Part shown: positions 1 to 7,347 of the stretch, piece after piece
Layout: each line of letters starts with the position of its first letter
Position numbering within the stretch: position 1 is the stretch's first letter
Assembly: GCA_030587475.2 (NCBI GenBank)
Contig: JAUQYZ020000060.1
Span: 1 to 18,241 of the forward strand
Origin: Candidatus Sigynarchaeum calidifontis
GTDB lineage: Archaea; Asgardarchaeota; Lokiarchaeia; Sigyniarchaeales; Sigyniarchaeaceae
Direction of reading: 5' to 3'
Length of the DNA: 18,241 bases
Position numbers and translations under genes: made by a program
The notes under the pieces: model-generated
The model's database searches: none
Told to the model about the DNA's origin: nothing
The model's input: only the letters and a program-made list of their open reading frames with translations

Positions 1-53
1 CGAAAGTAAAAAAAGGCTCTAAATAGAGAGAGCAAGACCTCTAATTGGCACGC

Positions 54-150
54 GAGGCCCGTTCACTTGGGCGGGTCAAACATTAGGATCGCGACTAGGA
101 AGAAGTCGTAACAAGGTAGCCGTAGCGGAAGCTGCGGCTGGATCACCTCC
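54..150 (+). rRNA. 16S (SSU) rRNA 3'-terminal segment (helix 44 tip and 3' strand, helix 45, anti-SD); partial
   Basis: Universal AAGTCGTAACAAGGTAGCCGTA at 103-124. Helix 45 is TAGCCGTAGC-GGAA-GCTGCGGCTG (117-140) and the anti-SD GATCACCTCC is at 141-150. The h44 tip GGCCCGTTC/GGGCGGGTC (56-64/69-77) follows the archaeal GAGGCC...GGTC layout. Bases 1-53 do not match a normal h44 5' strand. Confidence 0.85.
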
Positions 151-274
151 ATGCAGGCTCGCCGCAGGCGGGCCAGGGGGGCCGCGATTGGCATCGGCGG
201 CCGCCAAGAACGCGTGGTGGCTGTGCTATCTCGCTCGCCGTCCCAGCCCGAAAGGTAAAATAGGCGATGCTTGC

Positions 275-616
275 ATGTATTACCTGGTCATCGTCGAGAT
301 CCCGGTGGCCCCGCTGGTTGCTGCTGGCGGCGAGGCGTGCCGGGCCGCGGTCGGTGACGAGGCGATGCGCTTGGCAGACGAGATCGAGAAGAAAGTCGTG
401 GAGGAGGACGAGGTCGACGAGGGTTTTCTCGTTCCCGTGAAGAACGTGTGGATAGTGGACAAGCTGCGCGAGGAAAACAAGCAGAAGGACAAGGTCATCG
501 CCGAGAAGGATAATATCATCGCCGAGAAAGACAAGGTCATCGCCGAGAAGGACAAGGCCATGGATGCGCTCGCGCGGGAAAACGCCGAGCTTAAGAAGCG
601 CCTTGGCTTGAAATGA
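275..616 (+). CDS. Small hypothetical protein with a C-terminal coiled-coil heptad repeat (KDKVIAE)n; possibly the 3' remnant of a longer gene
   Basis: ORF from the ATG at 275 (113 aa) ending ENKQKDKVIAEKDNIIAEKDKVIAEKDKAMDALARENAELKKRLGLK. The track's 188 start lies in the rRNA trailer and is unlikely. Confidence 0.55.
   Translation: MYYLVIVEIPVAPLVAAGGEACRAAVGDEAMRLADEIEKKVVEEDEVDEGFLVPVKNVWIVDKLREENKQKDKVIAEKDNIIAEKDKVIAEKDKAMDALARENAELKKRLGLK
485..558 (+). repeat. 21-bp coding tandem repeat, about 3.5 copies
   Basis: aaggacaaggtcatcgccgag / aaggataatatcatcgccgag / aaagacaaggtcatcgccgag / aaggacaaggc, encoding KDK(V/I)IAE-type heptads. Confidence 0.9.
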
Positions 617-1049
617 ACGTGCCCGGGCGGGAATCTGCCCGCTGGCTTCTACCCCTTACCGGGCAGGCTGGCACGCTCCACTATCTTTTCATCGATCTCC
701 ACGGGAACTTTTGCCGAGACGACACGAGCAAGAAAAAAGAACCGTCCGGCACCGAGCCCTTTCCCGATAAAAGCGTCATAGCGAGAACGGGAACGGAATC
801 GCAAGCGGATCGATCGAGCGAAGAAGAGGGGGACGGGACCCCTTTTCCTGACGCTAGATGAACTCATCGGCCTGAAAGCGGCTGTCGACGCGTACGCGGA
901 TTACGGCACGAAATATGGCCAGGTCAAGCTGAGCGGCTTCCTCGTGGATCGATTGGCAAAGGCGCGTGAGGCGCAACGGAAATCGCGATTAGTCACCAAC
1001 GATAAATTGAACGTTGATGAAAATGATTCGATGAGATGGGTATGCGATA
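613..1049 (+). pseudogene. Possible frameshifted gene remnant
   Basis: A start-less open frame from 782 reads RERERNRKRIDRAKKRGTGPLFLTLDELIGLKAAVDAYADYGTKYGQVKLSGFLVDRLAKAREAQRKSR and overlaps the 613-861 ORF in another frame. No family recognised. Confidence 0.25.
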
Positions 1050-1409
1050 TCACGAATTCATTGCTGGTTTCTCCATTGCTTCGATAATTGCTTTCAATTG
1101 ACGCAGCAAAGGCGGGATGTCCTTGATGATCGTGTTCCACACTATCTCCAGGTTCACGTCGAAGTATTTATGTATCAGCCGATTTCGCATGCCTATTATC
1201 GCTTTCCAGGGAACGTCAGGATGCTTTTCTTTAAGGTCATCTGAAATTTCGCTTGCAGCTTCACCTATTATTTCGATCAAGTGCGTGGATGCAAGATGGA
1301 GCAATTCATCAATTAGGAACATTTCACGGGTTTTCCCATTCGTGATACGTGCGACTTTTTCAGCTGCATCTTTCATTTCCTTGAGCCGGATAATGTCATT
1401 GCTCGACAT
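1050..1409 (-). CDS. HepT-like HEPN ribonuclease toxin (DUF86 family)
   Basis: EIIGEAA and PW..IIGMRNRLIHKYFDVN (RX4HXY motif). Overlaps the upstream MNT gene by 14 nt. Confidence 0.93.
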   Translation of the reverse strand: MSSNDIIRLKEMKDAAEKVARITNGKTREMFLIDELLHLASTHLIEIIGEAASEISDDLKEKHPDVPWKAIIGMRNRLIHKYFDVNLEIVWNTIIKDIPPLLRQLKAIIEAMEKPAMNS

Positions 1410-1710
1410 AGATCGTCTCCGCTGTTCTTACAACTTCATCGCGAAAATATCGACTCAGGTCTTCCGCTGTCCTTAGATCTACCTTTCGACCACCGAAGAG
1501 CTGTGACAGTTCCTCTTCCATCCGAGCAATATCGAGAAGCGTAGGAAGGTGCATCGGATCGAATTTCACGAGGACGTCGATGTCGCTATCATCTCGAAAA
1601 TTTCCACGCAGTACAGAGCCGAATAGCGCAAGATTTTTGATCTTGTTCTCCTGACAAAATTTCCTCAACCGTGCCCTTGAGATCGACACGTGGTCATGGA
1701 TCTTTAACAT
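1396..1710 (-). CDS. Minimal nucleotidyltransferase (MntA-type antitoxin)
   Basis: LFGSVLRGNFRDDSDIDVLV (GSX10DXD) and RKVDL, 104 aa, directly upstream of the HEPN gene. GAGGTG RBS at 1719-1724. Confidence 0.93.
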   Translation of the reverse strand: MLKIHDHVSISRARLRKFCQENKIKNLALFGSVLRGNFRDDSDIDVLVKFDPMHLPTLLDIARMEEELSQLFGGRKVDLRTAEDLSRYFRDEVVRTAETIYVEQ

Positions 1711-1749
1711 CGCGCAACCACCTCGTGTTTGTCTTGCAGCTATCGATCA

Positions 1750-1757
1750 TTATAAAA
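1750..1757 (-). promoter_or_regulatory. TATA box of the MNT-HEPN operon
   Basis: TTTTATAA on the minus strand, about 40 nt upstream of the MNT ATG and about 25 nt upstream of its RBS. Confidence 0.55.
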
Positions 1758-1981
1758 TAGTTTATCTCATTAAGTGATTGAGTGTCTATCCAGAAATGTA
1801 CCTTTGCTTAACCTACCATGCCAGCTTACGAATAACTACATTCCTTCTATGAAGGAAAGGAAATATTTGGAAGCACATGACCGCGTGCACCTCAAGGTAC
1901 TCTGGCTGCCAGGCTTTACTTGCAAGTAATCCATCCCAACTCGATCATAAAAGGATTTTGATCTTCACGGCACGGAAAAAG

Positions 1982-2017
1982 CGTTTCCGGAATGAATTCC
2001 CGTTTCCGGAATGAATT
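1982..2017. repeat. 17-bp direct repeat (2 copies, 19-bp period), each containing the palindrome TTCCGGAA
   Basis: cgtttccggaatgaatt at 1982-1998 and 2001-2017. Confidence 0.9.
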
Positions 2018-2063
2018 TTTACGTACATTTTTCTTATTGATAAGGAAAGCTCATAATTGGTGA

Positions 2064-5000
2064 TTATCTTTTTCCCGCGCGGCATTTACTCGCCAGGTCA
2101 TGCAGGCTCATTCGTTCATAAACGCTCGCGGCAGTTTCTAGCGAATCATTACCGAGAGCGACGTTTCCTTGCTTGAAATAGAGTGGAGCAAGATCAGACA
2201 AGAATTCCGCAGCGTTCTTGAGTGCACCATTTTCCATGTACAATTCGATGGCGGCCCGTCTAAATTTAATGGCTTCATCGACATTTCCGGCCATATCGTG
2301 AGCACGGGAAATGCTTCCCAACGTCCAGGCAACATCGCATATATTCCCCAGACCTCGATTTATTTCTATTGCTTGTTCAAAGCATTGAAAAGCTAGTTCG
2401 AATTGCTTGGCATTTCGGTATGATGTGCCTAGATTCTGGTAACATCTAGCGACGTTAACCGTGTTACCGAGGGTTTTATGGATCTCTAAAGAATCTTGAA
2501 AAAATCTCGTGGAAAGATCGTAGTTTACTTTTTCATACGCAAGCAATCCTGCGGCATAGAGAACGTCGGCCTTTCTTCTTGCATTCTTCGCTTTTTCAAG
2601 AAATGATGCTTCCCGCATGAGCATATCTATCGCGCCGTTAAAATTGCCGGTTACAGACTTAATCTTCGCGAGCTCATCGCATATGTCAGCAGCCAATTGC
2701 CAGTTACTTTTTGACTCGTAAATTTCCAGGGCTTTCAAATAGAATTCCTCTGCTTTGCTAGCAAGATCAAGATTTTTCAATATGAAACCAATGTTCTTGT
2801 AATCATCGGCGATCAAATCAATGTTACCGAGTTTTTCATCTATTTCCTTTGCTTTCAGATAACAATCGACAGATTTTTCTGCATTCTTCAGAAAATAGTA
2901 GTTTTTTCCCTCGTGCTTGAGTGCATCGGAAGCCGCTTTTAAATTTCCAGTCTCTAAATGGATTTTCGAACATCGATCAAACGTGAATATTGCATCCTCG
3001 TGTTGCTTGGCTGCCTCTTGAGCTAAAGCAAGGCTTGTTTGCACTCGCGCCGCGTCTGTCATACTCCCGATTTTTTCGTATAACTCGTTAGCTCGCCGGT
3101 AATAGTCAATCGCAGCGATATAGTTGCCAGCGCGTTCCTCCACGTCACCAATATCATCTAGGGCCTCGGCGAGATTGGAGTAATTGCTTGATTTTTGTAA
3201 ATAATCGATGTTTCGCTGGGCATACACACGCGCACTTTGGATATCGTTGATACGCAGCGAGCAGGTCGTCAGATTATGCAATATGGTAGGGATATTCTTT
3301 TCATCTTTCATCTGCTCGTAAATGGATAATGCTTTGTTGAATGATTCAATGGCACGATGATAATCAGATTTTTCAAATTGCAAGATACCCATTTCGTTGT
3401 AAAGTCGTCCTTTATCAGAGATATTCCCGTGTTCAAGTAAAACATCTTGCGCGGTTGAATACATTGCAATGGCCTCATTATACCTTTTCAAGCCTCTCTT
3501 AGTGTTTCCCAGATCAATTTGAACAATTGCTGCATTCACTTTATCTCCAAGCGAGCTCCAAATCTCGAATGAACGATTGAAATGAGACAATGCATCAATT
3601 AAATCGCCGCGAGTGCTCATGATGATGCCTAAATCGCGTTCGCAGCGAGCAACACCTTTTTTATCCCCGATCTTTTCACGGATGGAAAGTGCGTGCAAAA
3701 CACACTTTTGCCCCTCGTTCAAATTGCCTTTATTAACTAGCAACATCCCTAAGTCGACAAGGCAAGTGCTGAACTCCGAAAGCCGATCCATACTCTTGAA
3801 CAACTCTAGAGCTCTGCGATACCATGCTTCGGCATCATCAAGTAAACCCCGCTTGTATTGAAGAGCAGCGATTTTCTGGTAGATATTAGCGAGTTGCTTC
3901 CCGCGCGCGATGCGTTTTTCCATTTCCAAGGCTTGCTGATACCTTTCAAATGCAATTTCATAATTACCGCGTGATTCGGCAATTCTTCCTAAATTTTGCA
4001 TGATATCGGACATGGCACGTTCATTTTTCATATCTCGCGAAATGCCGAGGGCTTCGTTCATAATCACCTCAGCTTTGTTCAGATTCCCTTCGTGCAAATA
4101 GCACAAGCCGAGATCGGCAAGGGACAGACATAATTGGCCTTTGTCACCAATCCGGCGAGCTAGGTCGATAGATTCCTCGAAAAAAGGCCGTGCAAGATCA
4201 TCTTTTTCTTGAACACGATATATTTCTCCGATAGTTGCAAGCGCGTCCACTTTACTTTTATAATTACAAAGATTATCTATTATCTTCACGCTTTGAATTG
4301 CATAATCCATTGCTTTATCATAATCCCTATTTTCCTTGTAGATATTAGCGATGACTTTCAAGACGTTTGCGTAACCAGAAAGACACCCGAGTTCTTGATA
4401 AATTGCCATGGCCCGGAACATGTGTTTCAATGCTGCGTCATTGAACCCGAGGATGCTTTCAATCATACCGATTTTACTTGTTGTAACGGCTATGCTCATC
4501 AGATCGGTTCCCGATCTTTGCTTGATCTCGAGAGATTGTTGCAAAAGACCTTTCGCATCGTTGTATCGTGCAAGATCGATATACACGTCGCCTATATTAG
4601 CAAGGATCACGGCACGAGCATCATTCTCTTCGGGAGATTTTCGCAAGGACAGCGATTTTTCTAAATATTTAAGCGCCACATCATATATTTCTTGATCCTT
4701 GAACAACAAGGCTATGTTATTCAAGATAGCCGGGATCACGTGAGATTTACCTGCCTTCTCTGCTATCTCGAGCTCTTGAAATGCGCAACGCAAGGCATCG
4801 TCTATATGCCCGGTATCTTTATATATTTTGTACGCGATATAATAACGCAAGCTTTCATCTGGGGCTTTAAGCTTCTCACGCAAATAAGAAATTGGTGAAA
4901 TAGCGAACGGAACTTTGTCGACGCTTGGGAACTCGTCTTTAACAATGTCATGTATCACCCGTGAAATGTTAACATCCACGCGATAAACGTGATCGACATT

Positions 5001-5846
5001 TCCCATCACTTTAATCTCTGCCAGTATTCGTCCTACCTTGTCAAGTGATTCGAGATCGGGATTCACATCACCGGGCACTTCCATGATCTTTGCTTTTCCC
5101 TCGTCGTCGAACACGTGATTAACCCAAGCGACCCCTGTAAGTCCTTTCAAAGCTTTTAGCGTGGGGACGACATCAAAATCATCACTTCCAGAATATCCAA
5201 TTATCACGAGCATTCGCTCATACGTGAGATTATCAATGAGTTTTTTCTTGAATGGCTCGATTGAAAACATATTTTGGCCTTCTTTGTTCGATCCGAAGGC
5301 TTGAATGGTCGCGACCAGGGATTTTCTCGTTGAATCTCCCGTTATGATGTTTTCAGTCGACCCGTGGATCTTGTACAGCACCTTCTTGCCTTGCATAACA
5401 TCTTCGACAGGATCTACGTGTTTTTCGAAGTCCGCGCGCGTTATCACCACTATAATATCATCCTTTGGCACTCCCAAGAGCAGCAATGCTCTTTCGATCA
5501 AGAAATCGAAATTGGTTGTCATTATGTAGTTTCCGGCTAATATATTACGAGCTAGAAAAAAATGTTGAGAATTGGGACGATCACACAAGGTAAAATAATC
5601 GATGACATTCAAGTCGGGATCGATGGTATCACGTAATATTTCAACAAGACCCTCGAACCGCAATTCTTTTAGGTTCTTGATCTTCTCACGTTCCTCTTCT
5701 GGAGCGACAAAATTGATCATGGCATCCATCATGGCACGGCCACTGGGTTGATTTGATGGAAGGTCAATAGAACATCCAGCACCCACGAGGAACAAGAGCT
5801 TTCTCCCACTACCAATTATATCATCAGGAAAGAACGAGATTGGCAT
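2064..5846 (-). CDS. SIR2-like (SIR2_2-type, putative NADase) domain fused to a long TPR solenoid
   Basis: N-terminal motifs LFLVGAGCS, IMTTNFD, LYKIHGS and LVIIGYSGSDDFD. From about aa 330 there are roughly 20+ repeats of ~40 aa of TPR type (e.g. NNIALLFKDQEIYDVALKYLEKSL, QNLGRIAESRGNYEIAFERYQQAL). No Walker A or STAND NTPase seen between the domains. Confidence 0.9.
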   Translation of the reverse strand: MPISFFPDDIIGSGRKLLFLVGAGCSIDLPSNQPSGRAMMDAMINFVAPEEEREKIKNLKELRFEGLVEILRDTIDPDLNVIDYFTLCDRPNSQHFFLARNILAGNYIMTTNFDFLIERALLLLGVPKDDIIVVITRADFEKHVDPVEDVMQGKKVLYKIHGSTENIITGDSTRKSLVATIQAFGSNKEGQNMFSIEPFKKKLIDNLTYERMLVIIGYSGSDDFDVVPTLKALKGLTGVAWVNHVFDDEGKAKIMEVPGDVNPDLESLDKVGRILAEIKVMGNVDHVYRVDVNISRVIHDIVKDEFPSVDKVPFAISPISYLREKLKAPDESLRYYIAYKIYKDTGHIDDALRCAFQELEIAEKAGKSHVIPAILNNIALLFKDQEIYDVALKYLEKSLSLRKSPEENDARAVILANIGDVYIDLARYNDAKGLLQQSLEIKQRSGTDLMSIAVTTSKIGMIESILGFNDAALKHMFRAMAIYQELGCLSGYANVLKVIANIYKENRDYDKAMDYAIQSVKIIDNLCNYKSKVDALATIGEIYRVQEKDDLARPFFEESIDLARRIGDKGQLCLSLADLGLCYLHEGNLNKAEVIMNEALGISRDMKNERAMSDIMQNLGRIAESRGNYEIAFERYQQALEMEKRIARGKQLANIYQKIAALQYKRGLLDDAEAWYRRALELFKSMDRLSEFSTCLVDLGMLLVNKGNLNEGQKCVLHALSIREKIGDKKGVARCERDLGIIMSTRGDLIDALSHFNRSFEIWSSLGDKVNAAIVQIDLGNTKRGLKRYNEAIAMYSTAQDVLLEHGNISDKGRLYNEMGILQFEKSDYHRAIESFNKALSIYEQMKDEKNIPTILHNLTTCSLRINDIQSARVYAQRNIDYLQKSSNYSNLAEALDDIGDVEERAGNYIAAIDYYRRANELYEKIGSMTDAARVQTSLALAQEAAKQHEDAIFTFDRCSKIHLETGNLKAASDALKHEGKNYYFLKNAEKSVDCYLKAKEIDEKLGNIDLIADDYKNIGFILKNLDLASKAEEFYLKALEIYESKSNWQLAADICDELAKIKSVTGNFNGAIDMLMREASFLEKAKNARRKADVLYAAGLLAYEKVNYDLSTRFFQDSLEIHKTLGNTVNVARCYQNLGTSYRNAKQFELAFQCFEQAIEINRGLGNICDVAWTLGSISRAHDMAGNVDEAIKFRRAAIELYMENGALKNAAEFLSDLAPLYFKQGNVALGNDSLETAASVYERMSLHDLASKCRAGKR

Positions 5847-5868
5847 GGTAGCGACTTCTGGCGAAGAA

Positions 5869-5882
5869 CATAAAAATTTTCT
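5869..5882 (-). promoter_or_regulatory. BRE/TATA promoter of SIR2-TPR (likely leaderless mRNA)
   Basis: Minus-strand AGAAAA-TTTTTATG ends 22 nt before the ATG at 5846. No RBS visible. Confidence 0.5.
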
Positions 5883-6156
5883 AATGCATTATTCCTCGAA
5901 CCCTTCCAGACCGCGTGTTAATTGGGTGAAACCGGATTCAAAAACCGAACATTATCGTCATTCTCAGCCACCAGCAACGCTGGGACACTATCACGCCTGA
6001 GATCACGCCCAATCGAGCGTTATAGCCACCTTTTACAATAAAGTCGATAGGATTGCAAGTTTTAAACGAAATGAACACCACAGACGTACGCCCCTCTTTA
6101 ATGGTTGTATCAAGATATTAAAAGAAAAAGCAGATAAAAAAGACCCCCAATGCAAA

Positions 6157-6270
6157 TTACCCAGGGATCATGCAACCCGGATCGCTCACGCCACCCATGA
6201 AAGAGGAGATACCGATAGTCACTGCCAATACCAACATGAGCATCGCAAGCAATTTTTCTAACTTGTCCAT
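6157..6270 (-). CDS. 37-aa secreted or membrane peptide, copy 1: MDKLEKLLAMLMLVLAVTIGISSFMGGVSDPGCMIPG
   Basis: GGGTG RBS upstream. 32/37 aa identical to the paralog at 7119-7232, with 9 synonymous codon changes versus 5 aa changes, no indels, and the same start and stop positions. Confidence 0.85.
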   Translation of the reverse strand: MDKLEKLLAMLMLVLAVTIGISSFMGGVSDPGCMIPG

Positions 6271-6375
6271 GGTCATGGAACACCCGATGTAGATATATGA
6301 GGCGCTCGTGCCGAATCGCATGGGAATCGTACAAGACAGCACGACGAGCAGCTTCTCACTCGAATCGCTCGAACT

Positions 6376-6383
6376 CATATAAA
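6376..6383 (-). promoter_or_regulatory. TATA box of peptide gene copy 1
   Basis: TTTATATG about 106 nt upstream of the ATG, at the same position as TTTATATA in copy 2. Confidence 0.65.
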
Positions 6384-6434
6384 CCACGATGGGAAATTAC
6401 GCGAATGGATCTCTCTATGTTGAAGCGGGTCGAA

Positions 6435-7049
6435 CTATTGGATCGAATTTACGTTTTTTTTCCACAGGAGACGCACCCGGTTGGCTGGTACATCCCCCCA
6501 CTCGCGACTGTCTGGAAGGAAATCCTCCTTGAATCCAAGCTTGCGCCCGATGGCCAGCATTGGCAGGTTATCCCTCGTGGTTTCAAAAAAAAGCTCTGTA
6601 ATGGTTGGCTGGAACATCTTGTCGAGGTTATCTTGAACGTGCTTGACAACATGATATCCGATTCCTTGCCCCCGGCAGGATTTTACCAACGCGATCCCCA
6701 TCACCTTCCGAGTTGAAGAAATAACACTTTTCGTCATGAGCAGATAACCTACTAACAAAAACTCATGATTGCTTATGCCATAAAACAACGGTTCCATTAT
6801 CGAAGGGAATACCATTTGAAACCAATGCCTGGTCCTTCTCCCTTGATATCGAACATTAGCAATCGTTTTTCCTTCAGCAGCCAAGTCCATAATTGCATGT
6901 AGTATAATATCCATAAAGATTTCGCTCGATCCATCCAATTGAGAAAGCATGAAAGAACCAGATCTATCCGGAATATCAAGTCGAGCGCGATAGCCATCCT
7001 TTTTAATGAACTCGTGAGGATTGCACGCCTTGAACGAAAGGAATACCAT
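6435..7049 (-). CDS. GNAT-family N-acetyltransferase (RimJ/RimL-like C-terminal half)
   Basis: Acetyl-CoA motif A GIALVKSCRGQGIG and motif B ETTRDNLPMLAIGRKLGF. A GAGGAG RBS favours the ATG at 7049 (MVFLSF, 204 aa) over the track's 7079. Confidence 0.85.
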   Translation of the reverse strand: MVFLSFKACNPHEFIKKDGYRARLDIPDRSGSFMLSQLDGSSEIFMDIILHAIMDLAAEGKTIANVRYQGRRTRHWFQMVFPSIMEPLFYGISNHEFLLVGYLLMTKSVISSTRKVMGIALVKSCRGQGIGYHVVKHVQDNLDKMFQPTITELFFETTRDNLPMLAIGRKLGFKEDFLPDSREWGDVPANRVRLLWKKNVNSIQ

Positions 7050-7118
7050 GGACACTCTCTCCTCAATAATTAAACTCATAATAAAAGGGAAAAAGTGAAT
7101 AAAAAAGCATTGAAAAAA

Positions 7119-7232
7119 TTAACCAGGAATTGTACAACCCGGGTCGCTCACGCCACCCATGAAGGAGGAGATACCGATGGTCACTGCCAATACCAGCACG
7201 AGGATCGCGAGCAATTTCTCTGACTTTTCCAT
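7119..7232 (-). CDS. 37-aa secreted or membrane peptide, copy 2: MEKSEKLLAILVLVLAVTIGISSFMGGVSDPGCTIPG
   Basis: AGGTG RBS 10 nt before the ATG. Mostly synonymous divergence from copy 1. An oligo-T tract follows the stop. Confidence 0.85.
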   Translation of the reverse strand: MEKSEKLLAILVLVLAVTIGISSFMGGVSDPGCTIPG

Positions 7233-7339
7233 GGTCGTGAAGCACCTTGCTGCAGTTGCATGAAGTGCTCGTGCCGAATCGCATGGTAATACATTCAAGA
7301 TGGCATAGAGAGCAGCTTCTCGCTCGAATCGTTCGAATC

Positions 7340-7347
7340 TATATAAA
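7340..7347 (-). promoter_or_regulatory. TATA box of peptide gene copy 2
   Basis: TTTATATA about 108 nt upstream of the ATG. Confidence 0.65.

Larger units (their letters stand above)
6120..6411 (-). repeat. Copy 1 of a ~290-bp direct repeat (promoter, leader, peptide ORF, T-tract)
   Basis: Aligns with ~7085-7375 throughout. Includes an identical 20-mer gctcgtgccgaatcgcatgg (6304-6323 = 7267-7286) and matching gaaaaag-NNN-ataaaaaag tracts. Confidence 0.92.

Noticed and set aside
1-264. Similar cgaaag(g)taaaa..agg motifs at 1-16 and 249-264 as promoters, which would give the 16S fragment its own transcript
   Set aside because: The match is short and A-rich with no canonical TTTAWA box, so it is too weak to call.
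188-274. N-terminal extension of the first ORF from TTG 188
   Set aside because: It lies in the GC-rich rRNA trailer with no RBS. ATG 275 is more plausible.
485-2017. Short repeats (21-bp units at 485-558, 17-bp units at 1982-2017) as a CRISPR array
   Set aside because: There are no unique spacers between units and no cas genes. The first repeat is protein-coding.
2064-5846. Calling the SIR2-TPR protein an Avs/STAND NTPase
   Set aside because: No Walker A/B motifs were seen, and there is too little sequence between the SIR2 domain and the first TPR to hold an NTPase domain.
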